Origin: Candidatus Latescibacterota bacterium
GTDB taxonomy: Bacteria; Latescibacterota; UBA2968; UBA8231
DNA length: 64,000 bases
Direction of reading: 5' to 3'
Assembly (NCBI GenBank): GCA_965248265.1
Contig: CBDFJF010000001.1
Location: 1,376,001 to 1,440,000, forward strand
The notes beneath the pieces were generated by a model. The model was not told the DNA's origin. It did not search any database and saw only the letters and a list, made by a program, of their open reading frames with translations. Shown piece by piece: positions 7,928-18,376 of this stretch. Numbering within the stretch: the first letter of the stretch is position 1; each line of letters begins with the position of its first letter. Made by a program: the position numbers and the translations under genes.

Positions 7928-9304
7928 TTAGGGAGTCTCCTGCAGCCGCAGAAGCTTGCCGCCCCCGGCCACCAGGTTCAGCTCCACCCGCGACCCGTCC
8001 GAAGCCGGGCGCCACTGCCGTTCCTCGGTGTCGAACTCTTCCAGCGCTCCCGGGCCGACTACCGTCGTCGTGATCGCTTGTGAATGGTCCAGGTTCACGA
8101 CCAGGACGTGTGTTGTCTCGCCGGTTGATCCGAAGTAGCCCCAGAGGACGCCCTTCTCCTGCTGTGGATCGAAAGACGGATCCACGGAAAACTCCGCGTC
8201 GGCCGGAAGTGCATCCACGGTCCAGGCGCCCACGGGCGCTTGCCCGGAGTGATACACGGCGAGGGAAGTCAGCGGTTGCAGCTGTTGTGCTACGGCGACG
8301 AACTCGGGATGAATTTGACGCAGGGCCTCGCCAAGCGGGGTCAGTGGCGCCGCCACGTCGGCCGCGGCGCGTTCCGCGTTCCACTCGACGTCCTCGAACG
8401 CTGAAATGCCCCCGTAGAAGTCACTGTAGGCCCAGTAGGTGAACTGCATGATGCCCTGGCCGCCGTAGGCGAGCGTCGTGTAGGCCAGGTACCTGCTCTC
8501 ATCGCTGTTGGGCGCACGGTGGCGCTCACCCACTGAAACAGCCTCCACCACGTTGATGAAGGGAATGCCTCCGTTCAGGGCTGCCTCACGCACCAGCGCC
8601 AGGTTCATGAAGTAGGTGTTGCTCGCATGCAGGTTTGCACCTGCCTCGTCGTCCGTGTAGAGGCTGTAGTGATCGTAGCTGATCAGGTCCGGCTTCACCA
8701 CCTGGACGAACTGACGCAGGTGTTCTCTGTAGGCTGTTTCCGTATCGCCTGCGGTACCCAGCGCCGCGGCACTTGCGTACGTCGGGAACAGGTTTATGTG
8801 CGATACATGGGCGGGATCACGCTCGCGGATGTAGTCGACGATCCTGGCGAGCTCTGGAAACCTGACCGCGCTGGGTTCGTCGACGATTCTGTAGGAATAA
8901 AGAGCGGGATGGTCCTTCACGCTGTCGATGACCGAGTCGATCCGCGCCCTGGCTATCGGGTCGTCCAGGTTAGCGGGCTCTCTCAGGTCCTGGGCGATCA
9001 GGTCTAGCCGCAGCCCGTGTGCATGGGCGACGTCGAGGTCTTCGACCGTACTTCCCCAGGCCAGGGTGAACCCCCCGTCGACCAGTTTTCGGGCCATCCC
9101 GGGTGTCAGCGGGCCAAATCGAGTATCGATTCCGCCTCCGGGGCCGTGGTAATAGCCGACAATCGGTGTTCCGATCTCCCACACGCTGACCTCCGGTTGT
9201 TGCTGGCTCGCCTTGGTCAAGAAACCGGCACACCCCGGGGCAAAAAGGCAAAGAAGGCAGATCCCCCCCATACGAACGGCGCCTGCGATGCCGCGCGCGT
9301 TCAT
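7928..9304 (-). CDS. Lipoprotein, TIM-barrel glycoside hydrolase-like family A (copy 1)
   Basis: Start at the ATGA overlap with the upstream stop; lipobox-like FAPGC; conserved WEIGTPIVGYYHGPGGG, HPALYSY, DEP, INLFPTYA, ISYDHY, LAYGGQG. Paralogous to 9301, 13113 and 30992. Confidence 0.75.
   Translation of the reverse strand: MNARGIAGAVRMGGICLLCLFAPGCAGFLTKASQQQPEVSVWEIGTPIVGYYHGPGGGIDTRFGPLTPGMARKLVDGGFTLAWGSTVEDLDVAHAHGLRLDLIAQDLREPANLDDPIARARIDSVIDSVKDHPALYSYRIVDEPSAVRFPELARIVDYIRERDPAHVSHINLFPTYASAAALGTAGDTETAYREHLRQFVQVVKPDLISYDHYSLYTDDEAGANLHASNTYFMNLALVREAALNGGIPFINVVEAVSVGERHRAPNSDESRYLAYTTLAYGGQGIMQFTYWAYSDFYGGISAFEDVEWNAERAAADVAAPLTPLGEALRQIHPEFVAVAQQLQPLTSLAVYHSGQAPVGAWTVDALPADAEFSVDPSFDPQQEKGVLWGYFGSTGETTHVLVVNLDHSQAITTTVVGPGALEEFDTEERQWRPASDGSRVELNLVAGGGKLLRLQETP
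9090..9182. repeat. 93-bp near-identical direct repeat with 10463-10555, inside the tandem family A paralogs
   Basis: Hand alignment shows 5 mismatches in 93 bp over the region encoding WEIGTPIVGYYHGPGGGIDTRFGPLTPGMAR. Confidence 0.8.
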
Positions 9305-10674
9305 TCGTTCACCTGCAGGCGCAGCAACATGCCGCCGCCCGCCACCAGATTCACCTGCGCCCGCGAACCATCTGAAACCGGTCGCCACTGCCGCACCCGG
9401 GCGTCGAATTGCTCCATGGTGCCCGGACCGACGACCGTCGTCGTGATTTCCCGCTCGAAATCCAGGTTCACGATCAGGACGTGGGAGGACGCGCCGGTCG
9501 ATCCGAAGTAGCCCCACAGGATTCCCTCGCCTTGCTCTGGATCGAGAGGGGGATCCTCCGAAAACACCGCAGCAGCGGGGAGTTCATCAATAGGCCACGT
9601 TCCCGCAGGCATGCGCCCGGAGTGATACACGGCAAGGGATGTCAGTGGCTGCAGCTGCTCGGCGACGGCGATGAACTCGGGGTGAATCTGACGGACCGCC
9701 TCGCCCAACGGGGTCAATGGCGCCGCCACGTCGGCGGCAGCGCGCTCTGTGTTCCACCCGACGTCTTCGAATGCTGTTATGCCTCCGTAGAAATCGCCAT
9801 AGGGCCAGTAGGTGAAATGGGAGATACCTTGACCGCCGTAGGCCAGGGTGGTGTAACCGAGGTACCGACTCTCAGCGCCGGTGGGAATGCGGTGGGACAC
9901 ACCGACTGAGACCGCCTGAATGACGTTGATGAAGGGAATGCCTCCGTAGAGCGAGGCCTCGCGCGCCAGCGCCAGATTCATGAAGTACTGATTGTCCTGG
10001 TGCAGGTTCGTGCCTTCCTCGTCATCCGTGTACAGGTTGTAGTGATCGTAGCTGATCAGGTCCGGCTTGACGACGTCGACGAACTGGCGCAGGTGTTCGC
10101 GGTAGGCCTCGACGGGGCCACCGGCGGTGCCCAGTGCCACAGCACTTGCGTAGGTCGGGAACAGATTCATGTGGGCCAAATGGGCGGGATCGCGCTCGCG
10201 CAGGTACTCGACGATCCTGGCGAATTCGGGAAATCTGATCGCGCTTGGCTCATCCGTAATCTGATACGAATACAGGGCAGGATGGTCCTTCACGCTTTCA
10301 ATCAGGGCGTCCATCCTCGCCCTGACCACCGGGTCGTCCAGGTTGCCTGGCTCTCTCAGATCCCAGGCGATCAGGTCTACTCGCAGTCCGTGCGCGTGGG
10401 CGACATCCAGGTCTTCAGCGGTGGTTCCCCAGGCCAGGTTGAACCCCCCGTCAACCAGCCGCCGGGCCATCCCGGGTGTCAGCGGACCAAATCGAGTATC
10501 GATTCCGCCTCCGGGGCCGTGATAGTAGCCGACAATCGGAGTGCCGATCTCCCACTGCTTGGCCTCAGCTAGCTTGGTCGCTTTGGCGAAGGGACCCGCG
10601 CAGCTCAAAAGAAGAAGGCAAAACACGCCTGTGCATGCCCTAACTACCCCGAATCCTCGCAATGCCGCGGTCAC
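9301..10674 (-). CDS. Lipoprotein, TIM-barrel GH-like family A (copy 2)
   Basis: Lipobox LLLSC and the same motif set as copy 1. The start is uncertain: GTG 10674 gives the same length as copy 1, while the longer ORF overlaps the next gene. Confidence 0.75.
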   Translation of the reverse strand: MTAALRGFGVVRACTGVFCLLLLSCAGPFAKATKLAEAKQWEIGTPIVGYYHGPGGGIDTRFGPLTPGMARRLVDGGFNLAWGTTAEDLDVAHAHGLRVDLIAWDLREPGNLDDPVVRARMDALIESVKDHPALYSYQITDEPSAIRFPEFARIVEYLRERDPAHLAHMNLFPTYASAVALGTAGGPVEAYREHLRQFVDVVKPDLISYDHYNLYTDDEEGTNLHQDNQYFMNLALAREASLYGGIPFINVIQAVSVGVSHRIPTGAESRYLGYTTLAYGGQGISHFTYWPYGDFYGGITAFEDVGWNTERAAADVAAPLTPLGEAVRQIHPEFIAVAEQLQPLTSLAVYHSGRMPAGTWPIDELPAAAVFSEDPPLDPEQGEGILWGYFGSTGASSHVLIVNLDFEREITTTVVGPGTMEQFDARVRQWRPVSDGSRAQVNLVAGGGMLLRLQVNE

Positions 10675-10795
10675 TGAGACGACCCTTCGACTCTGCCGGC
10701 CGCGCGGAGATCTGTTGAAATGAAACTCGGAATCATTGCCGGACCTTTCATGGTTTCTTGCATGAATACCGCAACGGGGTCGCCTGGGAAGCAGC

Positions 10796-11944
10796 TTACT
10801 TCTCCGCGACAATGGCCCCCTCGATGCCGCGATGATTGTCGGTGTAGTGATGCCAGTAGACGACGAGGACCCGTCCGTCATTGAGCTCCACCGACCATGG
10901 ATAGCCGCAATCGTGGCTGAACGCGTCGCTCTGGATGACGATGTCCGGCGTCGTCTCCAGATCCGGCGCCCTGTTGTAGATGGGTGCCGTCTCCAGCTCG
11001 GTGCCCTCGGGGTCCAGAACTCTGGCCAGACAGCCCGATTGCCCATCCCAGCGGGTGCCGACGGTCAAGAAAATGCGCCCGTCTCGCAACCCAAGCATGT
11101 GGGCGGGGTAGCCGTGCACGGAACGCTTCCACGGCGTCCAGGTCTCCCCTTCATCGTCGGATATGACCAGGGCCTGAAAGCGGCTGTCGTACTGGCGATC
11201 TCGCAGGGGTATGCTCTCGTCCTGATCCTGCGAGGTGTTGGCATGGCAGCGAAAGATCACCAGGATGCGGCCACTCGGCGTTCGGTGAATGGCCGGCTCG
11301 CTGAAGTGGGCGACGGGGTCCTCGGCGATTCGTCCGCCGTACTCCCAGGTCTCGCCCATGTCGCGGGAGACACGCAACATGCCGAAGTAGGTATGCTCGC
11401 CCTCAGGCCGTTCGGTCGCCTTGCTCGGCATCAGCAGACGTCCATCCGGAAGCTCGATCAGGCCGCTCCTGCAGACCCCCGAGTGCTCGACCTCATGACC
11501 CCAGCCCGCATCCGGCACGGGGGGAAAGCGCACTGGGTTGGTCCAGGTGTGGCCGTCGTCCCGCGAACGGATCCAGAAAGGCGTGCCATACCGCGAGACC
11601 CACTCGGTCCCATGCGCCTCGGACCCCTCTGCGGGCACCAGCTCCGTGCACGAGCAGTGTATGAAGATGCTCCCGTCCGAAAGGGTGTGGACACCGCGGT
11701 CGATGATCCCTCCCAGGGGATCGGAGGCTATCAGCGTGGCCTCGCTCCATGTCTGTCCCTCGTCTTGCGAGCGGCAGGCCTGTAGATTGAACAGCGGATG
11801 GCCGTGGTGGGGGTGACCCAGATGCGGTGCCCGTTGGAAGAACGCCATCAGATCACCGGATGGCGTGCGAACCACATTCGGACACAGGGCGTACATTCCC
11901 TCTTCGTGATATATCGTCACGCGGTCGACGACTTCCCAGCCCAT
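10796..11944 (-). CDS. BNR/Asp-box beta-propeller (sialidase-like) protein
   Basis: Asp-boxes SQDEGQTW, SRDDGHTW, SRDMGETW, SDDEGETW; DCGYP near the C-terminus; close paralog of 25287-26432. Confidence 0.85.
   Translation of the reverse strand: MGWEVVDRVTIYHEEGMYALCPNVVRTPSGDLMAFFQRAPHLGHPHHGHPLFNLQACRSQDEGQTWSEATLIASDPLGGIIDRGVHTLSDGSIFIHCSCTELVPAEGSEAHGTEWVSRYGTPFWIRSRDDGHTWTNPVRFPPVPDAGWGHEVEHSGVCRSGLIELPDGRLLMPSKATERPEGEHTYFGMLRVSRDMGETWEYGGRIAEDPVAHFSEPAIHRTPSGRILVIFRCHANTSQDQDESIPLRDRQYDSRFQALVISDDEGETWTPWKRSVHGYPAHMLGLRDGRIFLTVGTRWDGQSGCLARVLDPEGTELETAPIYNRAPDLETTPDIVIQSDAFSHDCGYPWSVELNDGRVLVVYWHHYTDNHRGIEGAIVAEK
10853..11389. repeat. 537-bp inverted near-identical repeat with 25839-26375
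   Basis: The C-terminal halves of the two BNR paralogs span equal lengths and share long exact nucleotide runs, e.g. caggatcaggacgagagcatacccctg. Confidence 0.8.
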
Positions 11945-12034
11945 ATGTTCCTTCCCGTTGGAATGTGAATCGAGCTACCAAGGTATCCACGAACGGATTG
12001 GGGCACAATCGGCGCTTGATAGGAGTAGTCATGA

Positions 12035-13102
12035 ATGGATGCTGAGTCGGTAACGCTGCCTGGCGGTGAAGAGCTCGTGGTGAGAATCATGCTCCCACCG
12101 TTGCTCGAATACGCCGATCGCGTGGACTGCTGGGCCGATGTCAGAGAGGAGGTCCTCACAGGACAACTGTCATCCTGGCTCTTCACCCCCTATTTCGTCG
12201 GTGAGATAGAGGGTGAGGTCGCCGGCAGCATGTCCTACTTCACTTCAGCAGATGCCAGTGACGTCGGCGTCGTGGAATTCGTCACCACCGGGGACAAGTA
12301 TCGTCGCAAGGGAGTCGCGTCCGTCCTGCTCGACCGCCTGGTGACCCATTTCCGCGCGCGCGGCGGCCAGGCCCTCTACCTGTGCACGACGAACCCGGTC
12401 GCCGGCACGCTGTACGAGAAGCTCGGTTTCCGCTACTACGTCGGCGATGGCATGCGCTATGTGGCGGGCAACCCGGCGGAATTCGACGCAACCTATTTGG
12501 GACACTGCGGGCGGGCTCACGTCAGCGATGCCACGTGGGCGGATCTGGCTCGCGCTTCCGTGCTGTTCAACCACCCCGCGCCCGGGTGGCTGATCAAGGA
12601 TCACCTGACTCGGTGTTTTCGCCATACCCGCTTCGAGAGCCACTTCGTCTATTGGATGAAACAGACCGCCGACCGCAAGGGTGTGACAATGACATTGGTG
12701 AATCCGGTCGGGCGTCTTGTAGGAGCTGCTGCGGTGGTCCGGGAAAACACCTACTTCGAACAACACGTGGCTGCCTTGAGCTTCCGCGTCTGTCCGGCCT
12801 ACATGAATCAGGGGCCCGAACTGATCGACGCGGCGGCGGCGAAAGCCGAGGAACTGGGCATCGGCATTCTGCAGGTACGGGTAGCCGATTGCGACGAGGA
12901 CCAGAAGGAGCTCGTGCGCACGGCTGGCTTTCGGGAAGAGGCGCGACTGCGGCGGCAACTGCGCGATGGAGACCAATGGCTGGATCTGCTCGTCTACAGC
13001 CGCCAGGTAGCCAGTGATCCCGCACCCTGTTCGAGTGAAGAGGAGTACTACGGCAGCAGGAAGGCGTGGCAGTCAGAAAGGCTGTCTACCCCATTTCCGT
13101 GA
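12035..13102 (+). CDS. Two-domain GNAT N-acetyltransferase
   Basis: Acetyl-CoA motif YRRKGVASVLL and NPVAGTLYEKLGF; a second RimJ-like domain (AGFREEARLR...WLDLLVY); RBS AGGAG. Confidence 0.82.
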   Translation: MDAESVTLPGGEELVVRIMLPPLLEYADRVDCWADVREEVLTGQLSSWLFTPYFVGEIEGEVAGSMSYFTSADASDVGVVEFVTTGDKYRRKGVASVLLDRLVTHFRARGGQALYLCTTNPVAGTLYEKLGFRYYVGDGMRYVAGNPAEFDATYLGHCGRAHVSDATWADLARASVLFNHPAPGWLIKDHLTRCFRHTRFESHFVYWMKQTADRKGVTMTLVNPVGRLVGAAAVVRENTYFEQHVAALSFRVCPAYMNQGPELIDAAAAKAEELGIGILQVRVADCDEDQKELVRTAGFREEARLRRQLRDGDQWLDLLVYSRQVASDPAPCSSEEEYYGSRKAWQSERLSTPFP

Positions 13103-13112
13103 GCCCAAAAAC

Positions 13113-14564
13113 TCACTCCTGTCGCAGCCGCAGCAGTACTCCACCGCCTTTCATCAGATCGACTTTGGCCCGCGGCCCGTTTGATGCCGAACGCCATTCG
13201 CCCGCAGACGGGTCGAACGCATCCATGGCCCCCGGGCCGACCACCGTCGTCGTCAGCTCCTGTGTGTAGTCGAGGTTGACGACCAGCACGTGGCTGGTTT
13301 TCCCCTCGAGCCCGAAGTAACCCAGCAGGATCCCCCTCTTCTGCTGTGCAGGCACGGCCGGATCGACGGCAAACGCGGCCGTGGCCGGCAAGCCCACCCC
13401 TCCCTGCGGAATCACACCCAGATGATAGACGCCCAACGACTTTAAAGACTGCAGTTCCTCGGCTATGGCGACAAACCGGGGGTGGATCTCGCGCAGCGCC
13501 TCTCCCAGCGGGGTAAATGGCGCCGCTGCGTCTTTTGCTGCTCGTTTCTCGTCAAATTCGTCATCATCGAATCCGGAAATACCCCCTCTGAATTCGCTGT
13601 AGGGCCAGTAGGTGAAGTGCGATATGCCCTGGCCGCCGTAAGCCAGCGTCGTGTAGGCCTGGAACCTGCCCTCTCCGGGTTTGGGCACGCGGCTGGTCTC
13701 ACTGAGGGCGACGGCCTGCACGACGTTGATGAAGGGCACCCCACTGTTGAGGGACGCCTCGCGAATGAGAGCCAGGTTCAGGAAGTAGTCACCGCTGTCG
13801 TGGGTCTTGCGGAAGGGGTAGTGGTCCCAGCTGATCAGGTCCGGTTTGACGATCTCGATGTACTGACGCAGGTGTTCTCTGTAGGCCGTTTCGGTGTCGC
13901 CGGCGGTGCCCAACGCCTTGGCGCTTGCGTACGTGGGGAACAGGTTTATGTGGCATGGATGCGCGGGATCGTTCTCGCGGATATAGGCTACCACCCTGGC
14001 CAGTGTCGGGAACACGGTGGCGCTGCGCTCGTCGGCGACGACGTAGTCGTACAGCGCCGGATGGTCCTTCACGCGCTCGATGAGGGAGTCGATTCGCGCG
14101 CTCTTCACCGGATCGTCCAACGCGCCGGGTTCGCCCACACTCCGCCAATTCACCGCTTCCGAATGCAGGGTCACCCGCAACCCGTGGGCGTGAGCGACAT
14201 CGAGGTCCTCGATACTGCTACCCCAGACGAGGCTGAACCCCGCATCGACCAGCCGCTCGGCCATCCCGTCCGTCAAAGGCCCCCACCTGCCACCACCGCC
14301 CCCCGGGCCGTGATAGTAGCCGACGATCGGAGTGCCGATCTGCCACCGGTCGGCTTCCTCTTGAGCCTGAACTACCGTCTGTGGACCGCCTCCAACAAGC
14401 GCACATCCGGACAGCGAGAAAGTCCAGGTCGCGCAAAGTGATACGCAGCCCAGTGCCCGAAACGCAGCTGACCTCGAGATTCTGCATCTGTCTGTCTTGA
14501 CAGCGACGGTGCCCGGCAAATGGCCAGATGCAGCGACACTTGCGTCGGGTATGGTGGATTCCAT
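13113..14564 (-). CDS. Lipoprotein, TIM-barrel GH-like family A (copy 3)
   Basis: RBS AGGAG before ATG 14564; lipobox LSGC; WQIGTPIVGYYHGPGGG, HPALYDY, INLFPTYA, ISWDHY. Confidence 0.75.
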   Translation of the reverse strand: MESTIPDASVAASGHLPGTVAVKTDRCRISRSAAFRALGCVSLCATWTFSLSGCALVGGGPQTVVQAQEEADRWQIGTPIVGYYHGPGGGGGRWGPLTDGMAERLVDAGFSLVWGSSIEDLDVAHAHGLRVTLHSEAVNWRSVGEPGALDDPVKSARIDSLIERVKDHPALYDYVVADERSATVFPTLARVVAYIRENDPAHPCHINLFPTYASAKALGTAGDTETAYREHLRQYIEIVKPDLISWDHYPFRKTHDSGDYFLNLALIREASLNSGVPFINVVQAVALSETSRVPKPGEGRFQAYTTLAYGGQGISHFTYWPYSEFRGGISGFDDDEFDEKRAAKDAAAPFTPLGEALREIHPRFVAIAEELQSLKSLGVYHLGVIPQGGVGLPATAAFAVDPAVPAQQKRGILLGYFGLEGKTSHVLVVNLDYTQELTTTVVGPGAMDAFDPSAGEWRSASNGPRAKVDLMKGGGVLLRLRQE

Positions 14565-14688
14565 GGCTGGAGTCTCCTGGTTGATGCATCGCGTCCGCGC
14601 GCAACACTCGCGCGCTACCCCCCTCCCACGGCGCGGACCGCCGGTTCCGTTGCGGATGGCGGTTCCACCCTCCCACGACACGACCGCT

Positions 14689-16230
14689 CTATTTCGGCTG
14701 CACCCAGATGTGTACCTCGTCGATGACGAGATCGGTGTCCGCCTGTGGGTCCGCCCTCGTCAGCGTAATCGTCAGTTTGTTGTCCCCGTACGCCACCGCG
14801 GCCGGGGACACCAGGAACCAGCGGACATCGGGAACCATTTCGTCGAATATCGCATTCGGCTGACCCAGCGGCCCCGGGGCCATGGGCACTCCATTGAGGA
14901 GGACCTCCAGTTGATCGTGCCCGGTGAGGCTGCCACGCAACATCAAGGTCGCCTGCTGGACTCGGTCCATGCGCTCGTACAGGCGAAAAGGGTACTCCCC
15001 CGACGGCTTCGCTGCTGTGCGGTCGAGGACGACGCGGAAGGCCTTTACGACTCCGGTCGAGCAGCGATCCTGGCCGAAGGCGCTCTCCCCCTCCCAGGTG
15101 GGATCGAAGACATAGTACCTGTCGCCGCTGGCAACTCTATCCGGGTCGCGCAGTTCGTGGAGGACCTGCAGTGACTGAGGGAAGAACGGCGGCGACCGCA
15201 TGAACCCGGCCACCGGCGCGTAGATCGTCAACCCGTCGGCGCCGGCGCCGTAGAAGGTCTGCGCCAGCGCTCTGCAGTTGGACGGAGTCATGCCACCCCC
15301 GCTCATCCTCATGCGGCGACTCGTCCACTGATTCAGTGTAGGGTAGTACATACAGTTGGCATCGCGCGCCAGGTCGCCGAACTCTTGCCATTCGGCATTG
15401 AAGTCGCAGAACATGACGTCCATCGGACTGACGTAATCCAGCAGCCCTTCGGTCATCCACGTCGGCGCATCCAGTCCCATATCCAGACACTCGTCAAGCG
15501 TGGAGAACACCCTGGCCCCCAGCTGAATCCGCCGGCCCCGGGTCTTGCTGAACTCGTCCAACATGTCCCGCAGGCGACGCACCAGACTGGTCATCAGGTG
15601 GGCGCGGTCCCTACCCTCGGGAAACGGGAAGTAGATGGGATCGCGAAAGGTCATCTCGATGCCGTCCACATCGAAGCGGCTGACGACCTCCTGCATCACA
15701 CGAAAGACGTAGTCGCGGACCTCATCGAAGGTGAAATCGAGGGGAAATCCCTCGTGATAGCCCCCGCCCTCACGGCTTTCCTGGAATTGCCACTCGGGAT
15801 GGGACTCGACCCAGTCAGCGCGAACGGGGAAATGTTCGCCTCCGTGGGTGTCGTTCATGCGAAACCCGGCGCTGAATGCCATGCCGCGGCTGTGGCTGTG
15901 GTCGAGGAGCACTTGCAGGGGCTGCGTGCCCGCCTCCAGCATCGGCAGAAACCGCTTGTGCTGCTCGCGCCCGTCGTACTGAAACTCGTCCGACTGCCAA
16001 TAGGCTGTGCATCCCTTGTTGTAGCAATCCTGCTGGTAGGAGTCGGCGCCGCTGTCGGCTATCATGTCCACCAGCCGTCGCAGATCTTCTTCTTCCACCG
16101 GGTCCGGCAGTACGTTCATCGTTATGCTGGAGGGATCGCTGATGAAGTGGACCCGCCGGGTACCGCGGGGAGCGATCGACCCACCGGTGTCTTCAACCTG
16201 GCTGCTCTCATCATGGTTGCTGCGCGTCAT
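14689..16230 (-). CDS. GHL10-like TIM-barrel protein with C-terminal beta-sandwich
   Basis: FRMNDTH, HPEW, LDFTFDEVR, FDVDGIE, GLDAPTW, GADG; paralog of 26440-27933. Confidence 0.7.
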   Translation of the reverse strand: MTRSNHDESSQVEDTGGSIAPRGTRRVHFISDPSSITMNVLPDPVEEEDLRRLVDMIADSGADSYQQDCYNKGCTAYWQSDEFQYDGREQHKRFLPMLEAGTQPLQVLLDHSHSRGMAFSAGFRMNDTHGGEHFPVRADWVESHPEWQFQESREGGGYHEGFPLDFTFDEVRDYVFRVMQEVVSRFDVDGIEMTFRDPIYFPFPEGRDRAHLMTSLVRRLRDMLDEFSKTRGRRIQLGARVFSTLDECLDMGLDAPTWMTEGLLDYVSPMDVMFCDFNAEWQEFGDLARDANCMYYPTLNQWTSRRMRMSGGGMTPSNCRALAQTFYGAGADGLTIYAPVAGFMRSPPFFPQSLQVLHELRDPDRVASGDRYYVFDPTWEGESAFGQDRCSTGVVKAFRVVLDRTAAKPSGEYPFRLYERMDRVQQATLMLRGSLTGHDQLEVLLNGVPMAPGPLGQPNAIFDEMVPDVRWFLVSPAAVAYGDNKLTITLTRADPQADTDLVIDEVHIWVQPK

Positions 16231-16306
16231 CGTGGCTCCTTCCCATCGGGTACCGTTATAGATAGACTACAGCCGGCACATTGATCAACCTCAAACGGAG
16301 AATGAG

Positions 16307-17392
16307 ATGGCCAGGATCCTGAGGCAAGTCACCGTCGTGCGCGACGGCAATCACAATGCCTTTACCGATGTTCAGTACTGGCAGGGCTGCTACTGGGTGA
16401 CCTACCGCAAGGGCGCCGCGCACGTGGCGATGGATGGGGCGGTGACCCTTTCGGTGTCCGCGGATCGCACTCGATTTCGCGAGGTGGCGCACACGCACGC
16501 GCCCGGCGACAATCGCGATCCCAAGCTTCTGCCCGTGAGCGAGGACCGGATGGCCTGGTATTTCCCCAGTTGGGTGCGCGGTTTCGAAGCCAGGGAACTT
16601 CAGCAATACATAACATTTTCCAATGACGGCTACCATTGGGAGGAGCCGGCTCCCATCCTTCCCCCCGGCAATTGGCTCTGGCGCGTCCGGCGACACGACG
16701 ATCGCTACTACGGACTGATCCAGAACCTGACCGAGGCACGGGAGCACGAGGACACGGTCCAGCTCGACCTGGCGGTCAGCGACGACCTGTTCGAATGGGA
16801 GATCATCGCCCGGGTCGGCGACGAGTTCGGGCTGAACGAAAGCGACATCCACTGGCGGGATGACGGCGAGGCCTGGATCGTCTCCCGCAGCATAGTCAAG
16901 CACTTCGGTAGCTGCTTCTGTTGGGCGCAACCCCCCTACACTGACTGGCAGGTCACCGAGATGGCGCCGATGGTGCATGCCCCCGTGTTCGTGGAATGGC
17001 AGGGAGGGCTCTACGTGGCGGGCCGCAACATGCCCATTGTCGAAGGCGACCTCACCTTCCCGTTCAATTCTGCCGGCGTCGGCGTGTGGCGGGTCAAACG
17101 CGGGGAGCTCGAGCCCCTCCTGCGCATTCCTGCTACTGGTGATTGTTCCTACCCTGGCATGACCGTGGACCCGGAGGGTCGGGTATGTCTGAGCTACCAC
17201 TCACAGCATGCCTACCACATGGGGGTGCTGCCACCGCCATCGCGCATCCTGCCGCATCCCGACAACCAGGCAACCCTGCTGGAGGCCGTTGACGTGTACT
17301 TCGCTGAGCTCGAGCTGGCACACGACGAAGATTGGTGGACGCTCACGCATCCCGATCCAGCCGTGGAGTTAGGACGCCGAGACGATGAATGA
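16307..17392 (+). CDS. Beta-propeller (exo-alpha-sialidase-like) hypothetical protein
   Basis: HNAFTD, RDPKL, SNDGYHW, WLWRV, GDCSYPG; homologous to the N-terminal part of 35793-37220. Confidence 0.7.
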   Translation: MARILRQVTVVRDGNHNAFTDVQYWQGCYWVTYRKGAAHVAMDGAVTLSVSADRTRFREVAHTHAPGDNRDPKLLPVSEDRMAWYFPSWVRGFEARELQQYITFSNDGYHWEEPAPILPPGNWLWRVRRHDDRYYGLIQNLTEAREHEDTVQLDLAVSDDLFEWEIIARVGDEFGLNESDIHWRDDGEAWIVSRSIVKHFGSCFCWAQPPYTDWQVTEMAPMVHAPVFVEWQGGLYVAGRNMPIVEGDLTFPFNSAGVGVWRVKRGELEPLLRIPATGDCSYPGMTVDPEGRVCLSYHSQHAYHMGVLPPPSRILPHPDNQATLLEAVDVYFAELELAHDEDWWTLTHPDPAVELGRRDDE

Positions 17393-18353
17393 AACCAAGG
17401 AAGGTGGCATCGCCATGACGGTTACCGGCGAAGTGCCGGTTGCCGAATTGGGGATCACCTTGCCGCATGAACACATCATTCATCGGCTCAGCATCCATTC
17501 GGGCAACCCGGACAACACCTTCGTGGATGTCAGTCTCGTGGCTGAGGAGTTGAGCCATTTTCGCTCGTCCGGGGGTTCTACAGTGTGCGACGTGACCCCT
17601 GTTGGCGTCGGACGCGATCCAGGCGCTTTGCGCGAGGTCTCCCGCATCAGTGGGGTCAACGTCATTTCCGGCATGGGCGTCTACCAACGCGACGTCTGGC
17701 CGAGTGAACTGGCGGCCATGTCGGAAACGGCCCTGGCGGACTTCCTGGTTCGCGAAGCGCTTGGGGAAAGCACGGGAATCGCCGCCGGCCTGCTGGGAGA
17801 AATCGCCTGTCACAACGAAGACCACTCCGATTGGCGGAAGTACCAGTTGCTCGAAGAAGAGAAGATGCTTTTTCGTGCCGTCGCCGACGCCCATCGCCGT
17901 ACGGGGCTGACGATTTCGACCCACGCCAGTCTCGGTCGCGCCGGCGTCGCTCAAGTTCAGCTCTTGCTTGCCGCCGACGCTGATCCCGGGCGCATCGTCA
18001 TCGGCCACTGTGCAGCGCAAGGTCATGGCGATCCGGCGCTCGATTTCGATTACTACCACACGCTGCTTGCCGAGGGTGTGTTTATAGAATTCGACCTGTT
18101 CGGTTGGCAGGACTTGCTACCTGACGCCCAGCGTTGTCAGCGGATAGCAGGCCTGGTCGACGAAGGCTTTGCCGATCGCATACTGCTGTCAACGGACACC
18201 TGCCGCCTCTCGCAGTTGCATCGCCACGGCGGCCGCGGCTTCGACTATCTCTTTACCAATGTTCTGCCCGGTCTGCGCGACCACGGTGTCAGCGACGAAG
18301 ATATTCACACCATGACGGTTACCAATCCGGCACGGATATTCACCTCCAATTGA
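17385..18353 (+). CDS. Phosphotriesterase-family (PHP-like) metallohydrolase
   Basis: MTVTG..., TLPHEH, GRDP, GEIA (Glu bridging ligand as in PHP), STH, IGH, LSTD, NPARI. Confidence 0.9.
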   Translation: MNETKEGGIAMTVTGEVPVAELGITLPHEHIIHRLSIHSGNPDNTFVDVSLVAEELSHFRSSGGSTVCDVTPVGVGRDPGALREVSRISGVNVISGMGVYQRDVWPSELAAMSETALADFLVREALGESTGIAAGLLGEIACHNEDHSDWRKYQLLEEEKMLFRAVADAHRRTGLTISTHASLGRAGVAQVQLLLAADADPGRIVIGHCAAQGHGDPALDFDYYHTLLAEGVFIEFDLFGWQDLLPDAQRCQRIAGLVDEGFADRILLSTDTCRLSQLHRHGGRGFDYLFTNVLPGLRDHGVSDEDIHTMTVTNPARIFTSN

Positions 18354-18376
18354 CTGTAAGAAGGGGATCGTGAATC